The notes under the pieces: model-generated
Seen by the model: the letters and a program-made list of their open reading frames with translations, nothing else
The model's database searches: none
Told to the model about the DNA's origin: nothing
In this document: positions 23,737 to 36,394 of the stretch, piece after piece
Layout of the letters: each line of letters starts with the position of its first letter
How positions within the stretch are numbered: position 1 is the stretch's first letter
Position numbers and translations under genes: made by a program
NCBI GenBank assembly: GCA_013239625.1
Contig: MU053881.1
Coordinates: forward strand, 13,878,373 to 13,942,372
From: Lama guanicoe
Taxonomy: Eukaryota
DNA: 64,000 nucleotides
Direction: 5' to 3'

Positions 23737-23949
23737 TATATATCTGGTTTAATTTAGATGAGATGGTTTCCATCTCTAGGAGTCATTACTGTCCCTTGTC
23801 AAATGAGGAAATCGCATCAAATCATTTCTGAGACCCCTTCAAGCTCTAATATTAATGAAGTCTATGAATTCTCTCCTGGTTCAGTTCAGAGCACCATTCA
23901 TTTGAAATTCATGTTCCTCCCTGTCCTCTCTGTCCGCTCCGGCTCAGCT

Positions 23950-24185
23950 GCTGCAGTGTCCACAGAGCCCCAGGACAAGCGTGCGGGCCTGCCACGGTTA
24001 CTTGGAAGGAACTGTTGCTTTGCACATGTTTTTTGTTAAAGGCATACTTGTCAAGGGCAAAGGATAGAACACATTTCAAAAGTAATAGTTTGTTAGTTTG
24101 ATTTATGGCTCATAAATATTTAAACATACAGTATATGGGCCTCCATTTTGCTCCAGCCCCACAGACATTCCAGGTAGCCTACCTG
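23950..24185 (-). mobile_element. MER115/Zaphod-like hAT-Tip100 fragment
   Basis: ttgtcaagg...ggatagaacacattt...gtttgttagtttgatttat...aaatattt...tatatgggcctccattt. Confidence 0.55.
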
Positions 24186-24399
24186 CCCTGCCCCGGCTTT
24201 TGTTATCTTCAGGCTTCTCCCTGATTCTAGAAGCCCCATGTGTCTTTCCAACAATCCCTTTTTGCTGTTGCTTCAGGGTCAGCTTCTGTGTTTGCAGCTG
24301 TGGGCACCTGCAAGAAGGTTTGCCTTCAGTGGGTTTAATACACCCCTACGCCTTATTTCCACTTCTTTTGTTCCCTAGGGGTTATTGTTTTGGAAGGGG

Positions 24400-24422
24400 T
24401 GTGTGTGTGTGTGTGTGTGTGT
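24400..24422. repeat. (GT)n microsatellite
   Basis: about 11 GT units. Confidence 0.9.
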
Positions 24423-24424
24423 TT

Positions 24425-24865
24425 ATACAGAAAATATAAAGAAGGAAAAAAGATCACCCAAAATTAACGTTTTTGTACAGAGTCTTTTTCACTGCTTCAT
24501 TTTTGTCAGAACTGGTATTATAATCACACAGTTTTATATCCTTTTCACTTAGCATAATCATTTCCCCATCACTGAAAATTCTTGAGAAACAGTATTCTTA
24601 ACCATGGAATCCCACTGTGTGGATATTTCGTAACCTAACAAATCCCTGAGTTCTGTCATTGGTATAAATAATGCTGAGATGCAGATCTTTGGATACAGAC
24701 CCTTTTCTACATTTCTTATCATTTATTTAAAAATAGATTACTAAAGGAGAGAATGTACATTTTTAAGATGATTGATAAATATTAACAGGATACCCTCAAG
24801 CGAAGTTTTACCAATTTGCCTTCCAGCCAGCAGAGCTTGAGAATGTCTGATTCCCCCATGCCTTC
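24425..24865 (-). mobile_element. old L1ME 3' fragment
   Basis: ttttatatccttttcacttagcataatcattt...ataaataatgctgagatgcagatcttt...ttttaccaatttgccttccagccagca. Confidence 0.6.
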
Positions 24866-24945
24866 CCTCCCCACCTCTTTTTCACCAAATGCCCTCAGGG
24901 TCATTACTGACTGCACATTCTTAACCCAAGGGAGATCCCCCTAAA

Positions 24946-24968
24946 CACACACACACACACACACACAC
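24946..24968. repeat. (CA)n microsatellite
   Basis: about 11 CA units. Confidence 0.9.
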
Positions 24969-26206
24969 TCCCCACCACACCTCACTTCATCGTCAAGGTA
25001 AAGGAGGTGCCATGATAAAGTTTAAGAACAAAACAGAGGGAACAGGAGATAAAGAGACTGTGAATTGGGCTAAAGTGGGGTGGAATTCTCTCCCTTTTGC
25101 TGTTGTCTCATTCTTCCGGTCCTGTGATGTTAGGTACCTGGATCCTCCTAGGAGTCTACAGGACTCCTTTCTCTCCATTTGGAAAGCCCCAGGAAACAGG
25201 TGATACAGAAAGGAACACTTACTCCAGCCACTAATCTAGATAAAAGATTTGTTTCAGGCCAATTCAGCAATATGAAAAATACAAAGGAGTTGGAGCCAGA
25301 ACCTAGAAAATATTAATGAAGTAGTTGCCTGAACTAACTTCTGAATATCTGTCTCCCTGTGTGGATGAGGGAAGTAGGATGACGGGGTTAGGAGGGACTG
25401 TGCTTGACAGATAGTCACGCATTCGGTGACTGGGATCTCACCATCAGAGACCTAACACTATTATCTTTTATTTCAGATTCGTTTCTAACAGGCCTTTGCC
25501 ACAATGCAAATTGGTCAGATGGCGTTTGAGATCTGTTTATCTGGGAAGCCGGTAGAAAATGGAGTGAAACAGTGCCTCCCACACAGACCCCACCAGGAAC
25601 AAAGGGGTGCCACCTAAATCTGCTGATACGGCTGGAAGCAGCCTGGAGGCTGGGGTTGGCAGGAACCAGGTGGTTTCCCAGAATGGCCAACTGAGGGGAA
25701 AGTCTGAGGTCAGTCAGGCTTTTTGTATGGAAAAGAGGAGCAACCTGGGAAAACCCAAACCTGCCTAGCTTCCAAGGTTGGAAATGGGAGAGAGGTCCCA
25801 GGGGGACCAAGACAAAGTGAGAGGCCAGGGGAATGCAGGGAAGTGAGGAGGGAGTTTTCACAGCAGTAACCATCGGAGTGCCCATTCTAAGGGGTGTGGG
25901 CCAACAGTGGACCACACTTCCTAATGCTGCTCTCTCCCCACACTCCTAGGCCCCGTTGCCCACTAGGGATTTTGTTCAAAACCCCATCTGTGCATTTTGA
26001 GGGCTCCCTGTTCATCTCTCCCACCCTTTTACCTCAAACTTCTGATGGCTTTGACAAGGACCTAGATTTGCTTCTCATATAAAAAAAACTAGAAAACATA
26101 GGATCTTTAGAAGTGAAATGACAGTCTTTGTTTCAGAATATCTGGGACAGTTGGAAAAATCCTGAATAGCGGTTTATGGTGACTACGAGAAATAGTATGC
26201 AGGGAT

Positions 26207-26247
26207 CCTTCCTTCCTTCCTTCCTCCCTCCCTTCCTTCCTTCCTTC
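26207..26247. repeat. (TTCC)n/(CTCC)n tetranucleotide repeat
   Basis: ccttccttccttccttcctccctcccttccttccttccttc. Confidence 0.9.
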
Positions 26248-27254
26248 AAGAAAAAACACTCTGGAAATGCCTCTCCTGTTGTGCCGTGGGGTGAAAGGAT
26301 TTATGTGATTTCTGAAAGCCAGAAACAGTCTCTACTCTTTTGTGAAGGGTTTAAGCTATCACCATGCTTTCTCTGGTTCAAATTCCTTTTTCTTTTCTAA
26401 GGTATCTTGGTATTCTCAGAAAGCCAGAACTGCTAGGAGACTATATCCCAGGTCATAACCCAGACCAGTTGGAGAAACCTGATTACACTGACTTAAAATC
26501 AGGTTGCCATCAGCTCTGAATTAAATATTAGAAGGCATCCGTGTTCCCGATTTATTTGGTTTCTGTTCTAAAGATGGTTGGTGGTGGGGCTGCTTGGCCA
26601 TAGAGAAGGAAACAGAATTCCTTCCTTCCCTAAGGATCAGTGGGTCAGCAGACCATGAGCTCAGAAAATGTATGTCCTGTCATAGAAAAACATGAAAAGC
26701 ATATGTACGCCCTTAGCATTTGTGGCAGTTCCAGTTGCATTTTTCCGAGCCGAGGGGGAAAGGGTCAGTGGAGGTGGCAGAAAAAAGCCAGTTACACCCC
26801 TTCCACGCACATCATCAGATTCGGAGTCTAATCTTTGAAACTACATTTTGCCTTTATTCTTCTTGACTTAAGTTAATGGGATGAAAACAGCTTCAGAATA
26901 CATCATTTCTTTTCCAATTTCACATAGCTGCAAGCCCTTTATTAAGGAGAGCTGACCTTCCACACTCTGGTGAATGTGTTTTGTTCTCCTAATTTCCCCA
27001 GCAAGCAGATAACCAGTCCTGATGTCACTCGCCAAACCTGGCGTAGGACTGTGAGCATTCAGTTAACCCTGCATTAGGTCTAATGTAGAGAAAATCATCA
27101 CTAGAGGGGAAAATAGGTTTTTAAAAATGTAGACTCCACAGGGTTCCTAATTTCCTATCTCCTGATGGAATGTTTTAGGTATGGGGAGCAAGGCAAAGGA
27201 AGTCTGTGGTTAAGTTTTCCTTTGGTTATTTTAAGTTACCTTGAAGAATCATCA

Positions 27255-27545
27255 GCAAAGATGATGGAACAAAAAGAATGTGGAATCTGGATTCAGACAG
27301 ACCTAGAGCAACTCATGGTATAACCTTGGCCAGATTATCGAGCACAGTGTTTCCCAAACCTGACCTCACACATTGGAATCACCTGAGCTTCGGCCGAAGC
27401 CTCTGTTTTTAAATAAGCACCTCAGAGGGCGCTGAAGCACAGCCAGGTTTGGGAGCCTCTCCCCTAAATTCTCTAAACCCGGTTTCCTCATCTAGAAGAT
27501 GGGCTTCAGTTAGCCACCCACACGGGAGGACTCAAGGGGACAAAG
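27255..27545 (+). mobile_element. MIR SINE split by a MER5 insertion
   Basis: ctggattcagacagacctag...taaccttggccagatt [MER5] ctctaaacccggtttcctcatct. Confidence 0.6.
27345..27461. mobile_element. internally deleted MER5-like hAT MITE
   Basis: cagtgtttcccaaacctg...ttggaatcacctg and tttttaaataagcacctcag..g..gctgaagcacagccaggtttgggagcc termini. Confidence 0.7.
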
Positions 27546-28614
27546 GACAGGAAACAGCTATTTTGTTGTCCAGCACTCGATAACATACTAGATATTCTCT
27601 CTGACTTCGTACTTCGGGGATGATTTCCTGCAGAAGATCTCCCCTTGCTTTGAGGAGGCAACCTGTTTATCATAACTACCAGCCATGATCTCTTTACCAC
27701 ATGGGGTAGTTACAGCAGTACTGCCGCTAAGGGACTTGGCACTTGCCTGGAGGGACAGCGGCTCTCTAACGGAAAAGCAGGCGCTTCTTACCAAAAAAGG
27801 GAAAAAGTCAGCCAAATTGGCAAAACAAAAACAAAAACAAAAACAACAACAAAACCTTGTATCTATGCAGCCTTCACTTTAGTGTATGTACTATATTTTG
27901 CCTCGTATTTAGGTGTTTTTAAGGATTCTTATTCCTTTAAAGTCAGGCCAAAAGGAGAATTCCATGTTACTCGAAATAATGCCGCAGGATAACAGTCATG
28001 GAGGGTAAAAGCCAAGTAAACAGGCTAAGCTCCTATTTCTTACAAATCAGCCTCATCCATAGAAGACTTTAATGAAAAAAAACGTTTCCCGTGCACAGGG
28101 AGTAGGATAGAAGGAAGGAATGCTTCCTTCCTTGGAAGCAAGTCACATCATCGGAGCCTCAGTTTCCCCATTTCTCAAATGGGGTGATGCAAGTCATCGG
28201 GACTTCTGCAGTCCTCAGAATCCACTCTGGTTAGTTGAGACAGAAAAAATCAGCAGCTGACCTGATTCCTGGGAGCCGTAGTGTTTACTGAACATCAAGT
28301 GCAGTTACGAGAAATGTCCGGTCACCCCACGGGCTGTTCAGCGGAGGCTCTGTTGCAGGTGTCACCCACCACTTGGACCAAAGACAAGGGAGAGAAAGAG
28401 AGAGCAGAAGTTCCACCCCAGCTCCCCAGGACGAACCCGCACCAATGTCTTTGCCAAAAGAATGGGTCTCACTGTGCAGAGCCGCCCCCTCTTATGGTTC
28501 ACTTCCCACGCACAGATACAGAAACCACAGCACCCACCGGCCCCCGGACATGAGAGCAAGGCCTGGAGTCTGCGGCACGGTCTCTCTGAGCACATGTAGG
28601 ACAGTCGCTTTTTA

Positions 28615-28795
28615 GGTCGCAAGCCATGGGCTTTGGATTCAGGGCCAATCTGGGCTCACAGATGTGTGGTTTTTCTTTAACCTCTTTACATTCTCCACTC
28701 CGACCCTCGGTGGACTAGGAATCCCTATAAATAGAGATGAAGAACGCAGAGCGCTTGGCACAGAGCGCACACCCCACACAAGGAGCTGTTAGCGT
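28615..28795 (+). mobile_element. MIR SINE
   Basis: catgggctttggattcag...atgtgtg...ttaacctct...agcgcttggcacagagc. Confidence 0.55.
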
Positions 28796-29499
28796 GCTCT
28801 CTCTCAAAGTCAGACATTTGCAGAAACATCTAATAGACATGCCTTTCCCTTCTCTCTTAAGATCATCTCTTTGGCCCACCCTTCCACAGCAGCAGCACTG
28901 GGTATTTCTCTCTGCACATGTTTGTGGTAAAAGCCTCCCCAGGTCAAATGTTAGCAATTGGCAGCCTTGATTGCCAGTCTCTAATACCTCCCACCCGAGA
29001 CCACCCGGCAGCGCAGCGCACCTCCCACCACTCACAGGCTGGGCCCCCACAGCAGAGGCAGCTCTGCCCCTGACCTGGGACCGGGAGTCAGAAGGCACTC
29101 CAGGACAGATGGCTGCCATCTCTACTTCCTGGACACCAGGCCCGTCTCCATGGCATCACTCAGCTGAAAATAAACAAGAGGTTTATTTCAAGACCCATAG
29201 AGAAGAAACAGATAGATGGGGAGATGGTTAAAATAGGAGACTGACAAGACTTCCTGCAAATTCCAGAAGCAGCCACACTCCTCTTAAAGCTTTCAGGCCA
29301 CTGCAGCCCAGGGGGCGACCCTCGTTCCTCCCGGTTCATAGCAGTCAACTGCCAACCTCATACCTTAAACCAGGATTTTAATTTAGTTTTTTGCTGTTTT
29401 CTGTCCATTGCTTTTTGTATGCTTTATAAGACTGTAAGATTCAAGAGGGAAGGAGTTAAGATTTATTCTTTTTCTATATTCCCCCAGTGTCTAGGTCAA

Positions 29500-29880
29500 A
29501 AGTGTGGCTTTGAAATAAAGACTTAACTCAGCTACTTACTAGCAATAGGGTATAAGGCAAGCCACTTAACTTCCCTCCCTTTTAGTATTTAGGGGGAGCT
29601 AACAAAGATAGTTCTAAAGCATCCGACATAGTATCTGCCACAGTGAGAGACAGCTCTCACTGCACAGTCCCTGAAAGTGTGGACCCTGGACTGAGAGTCG
29701 CTGGGCTTTTGGCTCCAACGCTCGTTGGTAGTTTTATGTAACTTCACTGTATATCACTAACGCATTTTAAAAATGAGTCCGATGATAGTCTGTAATATAT
29801 AGTGTTGCTGTGAGGGTTGAGTGAGCCAAGTCACAAAAAAGTGCTCAGCCAAGTGTCGGCTGTCACACAGTAAACGCCAG
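29500..29880 (+). mobile_element. two adjacent MIR fragments
   Basis: cagctacttactagc..ggcaagccacttaact; gtgttgctgtgagggttgagtgag...aagtgctcagc. Confidence 0.55.
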
Positions 29881-30212
29881 CAAAACTCTCCCTGGCCATC
29901 TCATCAGAGGCTAAACTCAGACAAGCTGAAAGAATCCACCCCCGCTGGATCTTCTCAGTCTTTCAGAAGCATGTTTTGGCTTTCTCTTTCCTTAGGTGAA
30001 CTATTTCCTCATTGTTCCTCAACTTCATCCCCAGAATGTCACTTGTGCTTGTCACAAAAACAAATGGTGGAAGTTCTTTCCGATAAGCCCGTTATTTTGG
30101 AGCAACAGGGCTTTTAAATATAGCAAGTGACTACTTTATTCTCCAAAGACCCTGAATTTTCCCCTCCAAACTCCAGTGAGCAAAGAGCAGAGGTGGTCTG
30201 TTCAAGCAACAT

Positions 30213-30227
30213 GGCGCCCCCTGCTGG
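30213..30227 (-). promoter_or_regulatory. CTCF core motif
   Basis: minus strand CCAGCAGGGGGCGCC, a perfect match to CCASYAGRKGGCRS, in non-repeat sequence. Confidence 0.65.
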
Positions 30228-31714
30228 ATAAAGAAGATTTGGCCTCTTGTGGCTCAGATGACGGGGGAAGGGACAATGCAAATATAGGAGCTCCCCCAGC
30301 TTCCCACACGATAGATCCAGCTCCTGGTATGTAGGATGTCCTCTTCTAATCATGACTCTGGCAGCTGAACGCCACATGAGGCTTCAGCCCACAGCCACCA
30401 TCCCCTTCTCAGAACTCTTATTATGCTCTGTGTCAAACACGGAATTGTTTAGATGCTGCTTCTGTTCTAACTTTGTATCATTCTGTTTAGTTGGCTCAGC
30501 CACCCCTGTCATCATCATCCTTGTCTTTCTTTATTGGATTTTCCACTGACAAATGACCCTTGTATAAATATATTCCCAGCAGAGGACCTTAAATGTCACC
30601 TTCTCTTCCATCCCGTTTCTGTGCCTGAAATTAGCGGGACTTGTTCAAGATGAGGGCAGTGAAAGCAGAGATGTTCTAAGAGATGCTTAATAAAAGAAAA
30701 CAGGCACTAAGTGCCTGGAACCCTCACCAGTAGGCGAGGAGGACAGACAGACCTAAGGAACACACTGCGTGATGGCATGGAAAGGCACATCCGTGTCTCG
30801 GTCCTGAGGGGAAGGAGCTGCTACATTCGTGGCTCAGACAAGGTTCAGAAATCTCCGGATGTGTCTTCTCATTAGAGTCAACTATGTTTGCTATTTCTTT
30901 TTCCTTCATGAGCATTCAGTGTCTTTCCACTGGTGATCATACTCCTCTCATTGGAGGACTTTCATGAGAAAGGGAGGTCATTTCATTCATTGGAAGCTCT
31001 GTCCTCCTTTTAACACTTTTAACTATCGCTGTATTTCCTCTTCCCTGTCCACCCACCAGTGCTGGGGTTCTCTCTTGTTAGTCCCTTGCTTGCTGATGCT
31101 TCCTTGTTCGACTCGAAAGGTGATAGGATCTTGTGGGGCTGTGTTGTGCTTTGGCTGGGACAGGAGTCTTTCCTTGCTCTTTGTGGTTGGTAGGAAGAAA
31201 AGACAAGTTAACGTCTTAGAGTGTTTTTTTCCTCCAACTTTGATTACAGATCAACGTTTCTTGGTCACAGATTCTTAGAAGAACCAGATAGAAATGGGCA
31301 GGATGTCTCAGGTAGCAAGCAAGCCTTTGATGGCATCGACATAAGACATCATTAATAGCCCAAAGCCAGAGTCCAGGAGAGCCCCCAACCAGTCTGCAAC
31401 TCCCAGATTCATGAAATGAGGCTTCCTTGGGTGGGTAGGGAGACACACACTGGGGGTTACTTATATTTTGAATGCTCAGTATATAAAGTGCAACTGAACT
31501 CGAGTGACTGCACCTGCAACAGCAAAAAAAAAAAAAAATCTTGTAGGAGAAAGTAAGAGTGTTTCCAACTTCTAATTTGGGAATGAGCCAAATTATAGTC
31601 TCAATTTGGTCCTTACCTTCTGATCTACCAAGTGGCAGGTGGGCAAACAGGTTCTAGAGAACTATTTTCTCCCCTTCTTAGGCACACAAGAAGGGGAAAC
31701 ATACTTAATAGACT

Positions 31715-31890
31715 GAAACAATATAAAACCTGGAAGCAGCTTTTGAGATCATAATTACTACCTGCACGTGTTTTAAGTGATGAAATCAAATCCCAGAGAC
31801 TGAAAGTGGCGTGCCCTGTGCCACCCATCCGTCCACGGCAGCCAAAGATTCAAACTCAGGGTCTTGGATCTCTTATTCATGGCTCTTTGA
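31715..31890 (-). mobile_element. MIR fragment
   Basis: ttttaagtgatgaaatcaaatcccagagactgaaagtggcgtgccc...gattcaaactcagg. Confidence 0.55.
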
Positions 31891-32849
31891 AGTTTCCAGG
31901 ATTCCTGTCTTTGGGAGAATATTTGTTGTGGGTCTTCAGAATTAGAGGAAACATAAATATTGCCATTTAAAAAAAAATGCCACTTTGTATTATGGATCCC
32001 CAGTATCCCAGGAATCTTAAAAATTGCTCATTATGCAGACATGTATATTTCTGATAACACAGTTTGACTCAAGGTTACAGAGTCCACTCACTGCAATGAA
32101 AGCGCACGGTGCTTGACCACGTTGAAGTCAGAGAAGCAGGCAAAATAGGATACCGAGAGTTACGATATAGAAATCAGTGATACAGGGACTGCGCGTCTCG
32201 ACGGCATTGGGATTGCAAGTCAGCTTCTAAAGCGAACACCGCAAATATTCAAAAATCGCCTTGTGACATCCCTAAGGAGGCACCACGTTGGAGAGCGTAA
32301 TACTCAGCATGGCCACCGCAGACTGCATTCGCTCCGATTTCTAAACAGATTGCTCTTTCTTCGGTTGAGCGCCAGATGAAGTAGTGATTTGGCTTGCATT
32401 CAGGGGCAGTGTTGTATGAAAAATATGTATCTTTAAACACTAAACACTCCGCAGAATGAAATGCTCAGTCCGTGGGCAGCATGAGAGAGAACTTCCTACC
32501 AAGGGACCCTTCCTACCGCAGGTCTACAGCTCCCGGGTCAGGCTGCCCGATGTTTGAGTGGGGCGAATGGCGAGCCACCTGCATTATTTAAATTCTTCCC
32601 TCCCTCTTGGCTTCTCCCTTTCTTTGCTGAGCTCCTGGAGTTAAGTTTGCCAAAATTAACTGTATGTTGAGACTTCAGTGAACCTATCTGAAATTTAACC
32701 AGGGAGGTTATCGTAAGTCCCTGGCTCAGAACAGTGAAGCTACATATAAACACTCATGTTCTTATTTTTGGTGAATTCTCTGCCAGACTCTGAGCTTCCT
32801 TCTCAGCTGCATGTATCCTTGTAGCAATTGTATGGTGAAAATTTGTAAA

Positions 32850-33015
32850 AGGTGGTGTAAATAAGAATCAGGAGAGCTAGATTCTAATTCTGGTTCTGCA
32901 ATTAACTAGCTGAGAAATGTGGTCAAATTTGTCTACCCTCTAAATCTCAAACTCCTCATCCTTCAAGAGAGGGCTCAGAGGAGATACCCAAGGTGACTTT
33001 CAATTCTAAATTTAT
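32850..33015 (+). mobile_element. MIR3-like SINE fragment
   Basis: gaatcaggagagctagattctaattctggttctgcaattaactagctg...ctttcaattctaaa. Confidence 0.6.
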
Positions 33016-33624
33016 GCTAAGAGTTTATACGGTTGGTTACTGCAAGCACTGGGACTTCAACCAAAAATAGAAGACAGGACGGCACATTCGTAATCTGGTA
33101 CCTCTCCCTTCCTTTCCTAGTCTCTTTCTGATCCCTCTCCTCCTCTGGTCACTTTTCCTTCCTCCCCGCCTCCCTCCCTCCCTCTCTTTCTTCCAAACCG
33201 TAATTTAGTGCCTGTTGTATACAAGAGAGGACATGAGCCCCAGGGATACAAAGATAAATTTGAGATGAGATGCTCCTGTCTCTTGCACATTGAAAAGTCT
33301 TTCCCTTCACTTATCTTAAATGCAGCTGAGCAAGTCCAGTCTGATACTATTGTCACAGAATAATTCAGTGTGAAGTTTCTTTGGAAAATCACATCCTTTA
33401 TCCAGTTTGGATAAGGAAAAATACTTTGAGATTCCAGCAGGGAGTCACACAAATCTTTCTAAATTATTGAAATGTTTCCTGCAGCTGTCCCTGCTCCCTT
33501 TGTGGGCAAAGGAGGAAAAGAGATGAAAAGCTTCTAGCGTAGTGTTCAGGGCCATGTAGACTGTCTCTTCCTTCACACTCCACTCACCCCGAGCGCCAGG
33601 ACAGGAAATCCGTGCGGATCACGA

Positions 33625-33875
33625 GAAAAAGCCTAGGTGTGGAATCAGACAGACCTCGTCCACGTTGTAGGTCTGCCACTTCCTGCGGGGTCACCCTGAG
33701 TGTGTAATTCACCTGTTGGAGTTGCTGATTTCTGCATCTGTAAAATGTAAGTGACAATCTCTCTGGCAGCCCTGTGGTGAGGAGTGACACTGTGCAGGCA
33801 AAGAGCTGGGAGAGGGCCACGTGCATAAGAGGCGTAGCAGAGGGAAGGGACGCAGGTTCACGTAGCACCTGCCAT
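33625..33875 (+). mobile_element. MIR SINE
   Basis: ggaatcagacagacct...tctgccactt...tttctgcatctgtaaaatg...tgtggtgaggagt. Confidence 0.7.
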
Positions 33876-33884
33876 GTGTCGAGG

Positions 33885-34315
33885 ACTGGATTATTAGGCT
33901 GGACCAGGCTGCAGTGACAAATCGATCTCAAAGTATACAGTGGCCCAAACAGAACAGGAGTTCATTTGTCACTCATCTGACTGTACAAGCGGATGTTCCT
34001 GGTTGGCAGCTGGCTTTCTTGCGCCTGGTGTTTCTGAGACCCAGTCTCCTTTCGTCTTGTGACACAGTTGCCCTTATCATCACGTGTATTTGGCTGACAG
34101 AGAGAGAAGGAAGGAGGCATGCCTGCTTCCTGAAAGCCTTGGTCCAGAAGGGAGATATATCCCTTCTGTTCTCAGTCACTGAGAACTGCTCCCCAGGCCA
34201 CATCTGGCTGCCGGTAGGAGCCAGGAAATAGTCGCTGCTGGGAAGGCGCTACCCAGAAATGACCGTGTCCCAAAGGAGGACAGCAAAAAGTTGGTGGCCA
34301 GCTGTCTTTGTTGTG
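33885..34315 (-). mobile_element. MLT1J/K-like MaLR LTR
   Basis: ggctgcagtgacaaa..tctcaaa..cagtggc...gagacccagtctcctttcgtcttgtg...aggagccaggaaatagtc. Confidence 0.65.
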
Positions 34316-34329
34316 GTGACTGCCACTGT

Positions 34330-34470
34330 TAAGCCACTTAAACCTATGGGGTTGGTATTATCATCCCCCATTTTATTGATAAGGAAATTTTAAGTCAGTT
34401 ATTAAGTAACCTCCAGGTCCTTGAGATCCAAGTCCAGGTGTCAGACCCCAAGGCTGGCATTCCCAGCCTC
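34330..34470 (-). mobile_element. MIR fragment
   Basis: aacctatggggttggtattatcatcccccattttattgataaggaaa. Confidence 0.65.
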
Positions 34471-34486
34471 GCCTCTTCCGCAGTCC

Positions 34487-34805
34487 TCTAAGGCGGAGTT
34501 CACAGACGCCTGAATGGTGGGCTGGATTATACCCAGCAGCATGTCCCAGAGGGTATCAGTTTACACATTAAGTGTGTGTGCATGGCCTTTCTTTATAAAT
34601 CAGAACATCTGGCAACTCTGGACCCCCCGTTCCAGCAAGGAAACGATTGCCTGAGGACTATTTCTGGGTTTTGATGCTTTAGATGGTGCGTGTGCTCTCA
34701 GGTTCACTCACCACTATCCTTTTCTCCCCAGTTTATCCCTGTCCAACTTCACCCGCTGACATCACCTACCTAGACGCTCTAGGCATTCAAATCTATTACT
34801 TCTGC
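34487..34805. mobile_element. MER102-like hAT element
   Basis: aatcagaacatctggcaactctgg...ctttagatggtgcgtgtgctctc...cacctacctagacgctctaggcatt. Confidence 0.6.
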
Positions 34806-34909
34806 TATAAAAGACATCTTTATTATTTTATTTCTTGATAAAGCGAGGCAACATTTTGCTCTCAAAGCTTGTTACAGTCATGAGAAAATAAAAGAAATTA
34901 CATTTATGT

Positions 34910-35112
34910 ATATTTTTATTGAAGTATAATCAGCTACAGTGTGTCGCTTTCTGGTGCGCAGCATAATGTTTCAGTCATCCATATACATACACGTATTCCT
35001 TTTCATAATCTTTATCATTATATTACTACAAGATATTGAATATAGTGCTCTGTGCTATCCAACAGAAACTTGTTTTCTATTTTTTTATATATAGTAGTTA
35101 ATATTTGCAATA
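34910..35112 (-). mobile_element. short young L1 3'UTR end
   Basis: ttttttattgaagtataatcagctacagtgtgtc..tttctggtg.gcagcataatg, the same 3' terminus as the 23.1-kb copy. Confidence 0.85.
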
Positions 35113-36394
35113 CGTGTTTTTTAAACTGTCGGCAAGAGACTATTTAATGCTCTTTGTGCACCTTCAAATTTTATGCTTCTCATCCCTTTCTTTCACCTGA
35201 GATTTACTATTCAGTCCTGATTCACAAACCCATCTGAATACACTTCCCTGCAGCCTGGCCGCCCGGGTACAGAAGAGCTCTCCTACTCCGCAAGATCGGT
35301 TTTGTGTCTCTTCTCCTGGTCCCTCCCTCTCTGCACTTATCTACACTCCCCATTCCACTCCCAATAATAGCTTTGCCTCTATCAGTTCCATCCATCTAAT
35401 CAGTGCATCAGCTATTTGTCAGTAGAGTCCAGGGAGTTTCAGCTCCATGTTCTCAAGATTAGAGTTCAGTGAAGAAGCTGAAAAGGAAAGGACAAAGGAC
35501 TGAGAGAGAAGATGTACATTGATTGGAAAGCAGGAGAGTACAGTGTGAGCCAATAATCCACCCCTCTGTGGGCTCGTCCCTCAGTCCTGAAAACCAACTC
35601 CAGGCTTGCAGTCTGAAGCATGGCACCCCAGAGGACAGCCAAGCCAATCTCATCACATTTATTTCAATGTAATTTTAATTCAAAGCCATAACTCTCTGAT
35701 TCATCAACCAACCAGGTTTTGCTTTGACATTATAGGGACTTGCAACATGGAAGGGGTCATAGAATTCTCAACGTCTAAATTCATTATTCAGGTTTCTTAA
35801 GAGCGTGATTTTTTGAAATAGTTGACTTAATTATGTGCACTTTCTATCCTCAATTGGAATCTGCGTTCAACTTTCTCATTGGCTGTTCTGTTCTTACTGC
35901 CTTAACTCTTCATTGACTCCCCCAAGCAGCCTTTCAAGACAAGATCAAGCAAAGAATCAGGAATACTGCATTCCCGTCATTCCACACAATGTGTCCTGAA
36001 ATGGGTCCAGCACAACACCCGTCCTACAAGAAGCTCCAAAACGAGAGTTTTATGCTCCTTTAAGTTTTGCTAACACTACTGACCATGTCTTCCTAAAGGC
36101 ATATTCATGACACAAGTTAACAAATCATGTTAACTGCAAGTACCTCAGCTGACGAAAGAAAAGACCACTTAGATGTAACTCTGCAATTCCCATGCTTATT
36201 CTACCATAGAATCCCGCCCCGCCCCTCCTTTGTGATGAAACACTTAGTCGTGTCTGCCGGAGTGAGTGTTCCATGATGAATATTTTAGGAAACGTTTTCC
36301 CAGCATCAGGATGAATTTTATTAGTTTATTAGATGAATGCTTGTTTGCTTTTTGTTGCCCTTTTCAACACTACTGCACGTGGACTAGAATGAAT

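Noticed and set aside
25415..25915. 166-aa ORF, and similar ones at 38299-38793, 42899-43330, 49410-49883 and 59125-59544
   Set aside because: I see no recognisable homology or exon structure, and ORFs of this length occur by chance in six frames of 64 kb.
32100..32600. Locally raised CpG content as a CpG island or coding exon
   Set aside because: GC content is only moderate, CpGs are scattered and the plus-strand frames I checked hit stops quickly. It may include a decayed hAT remnant.
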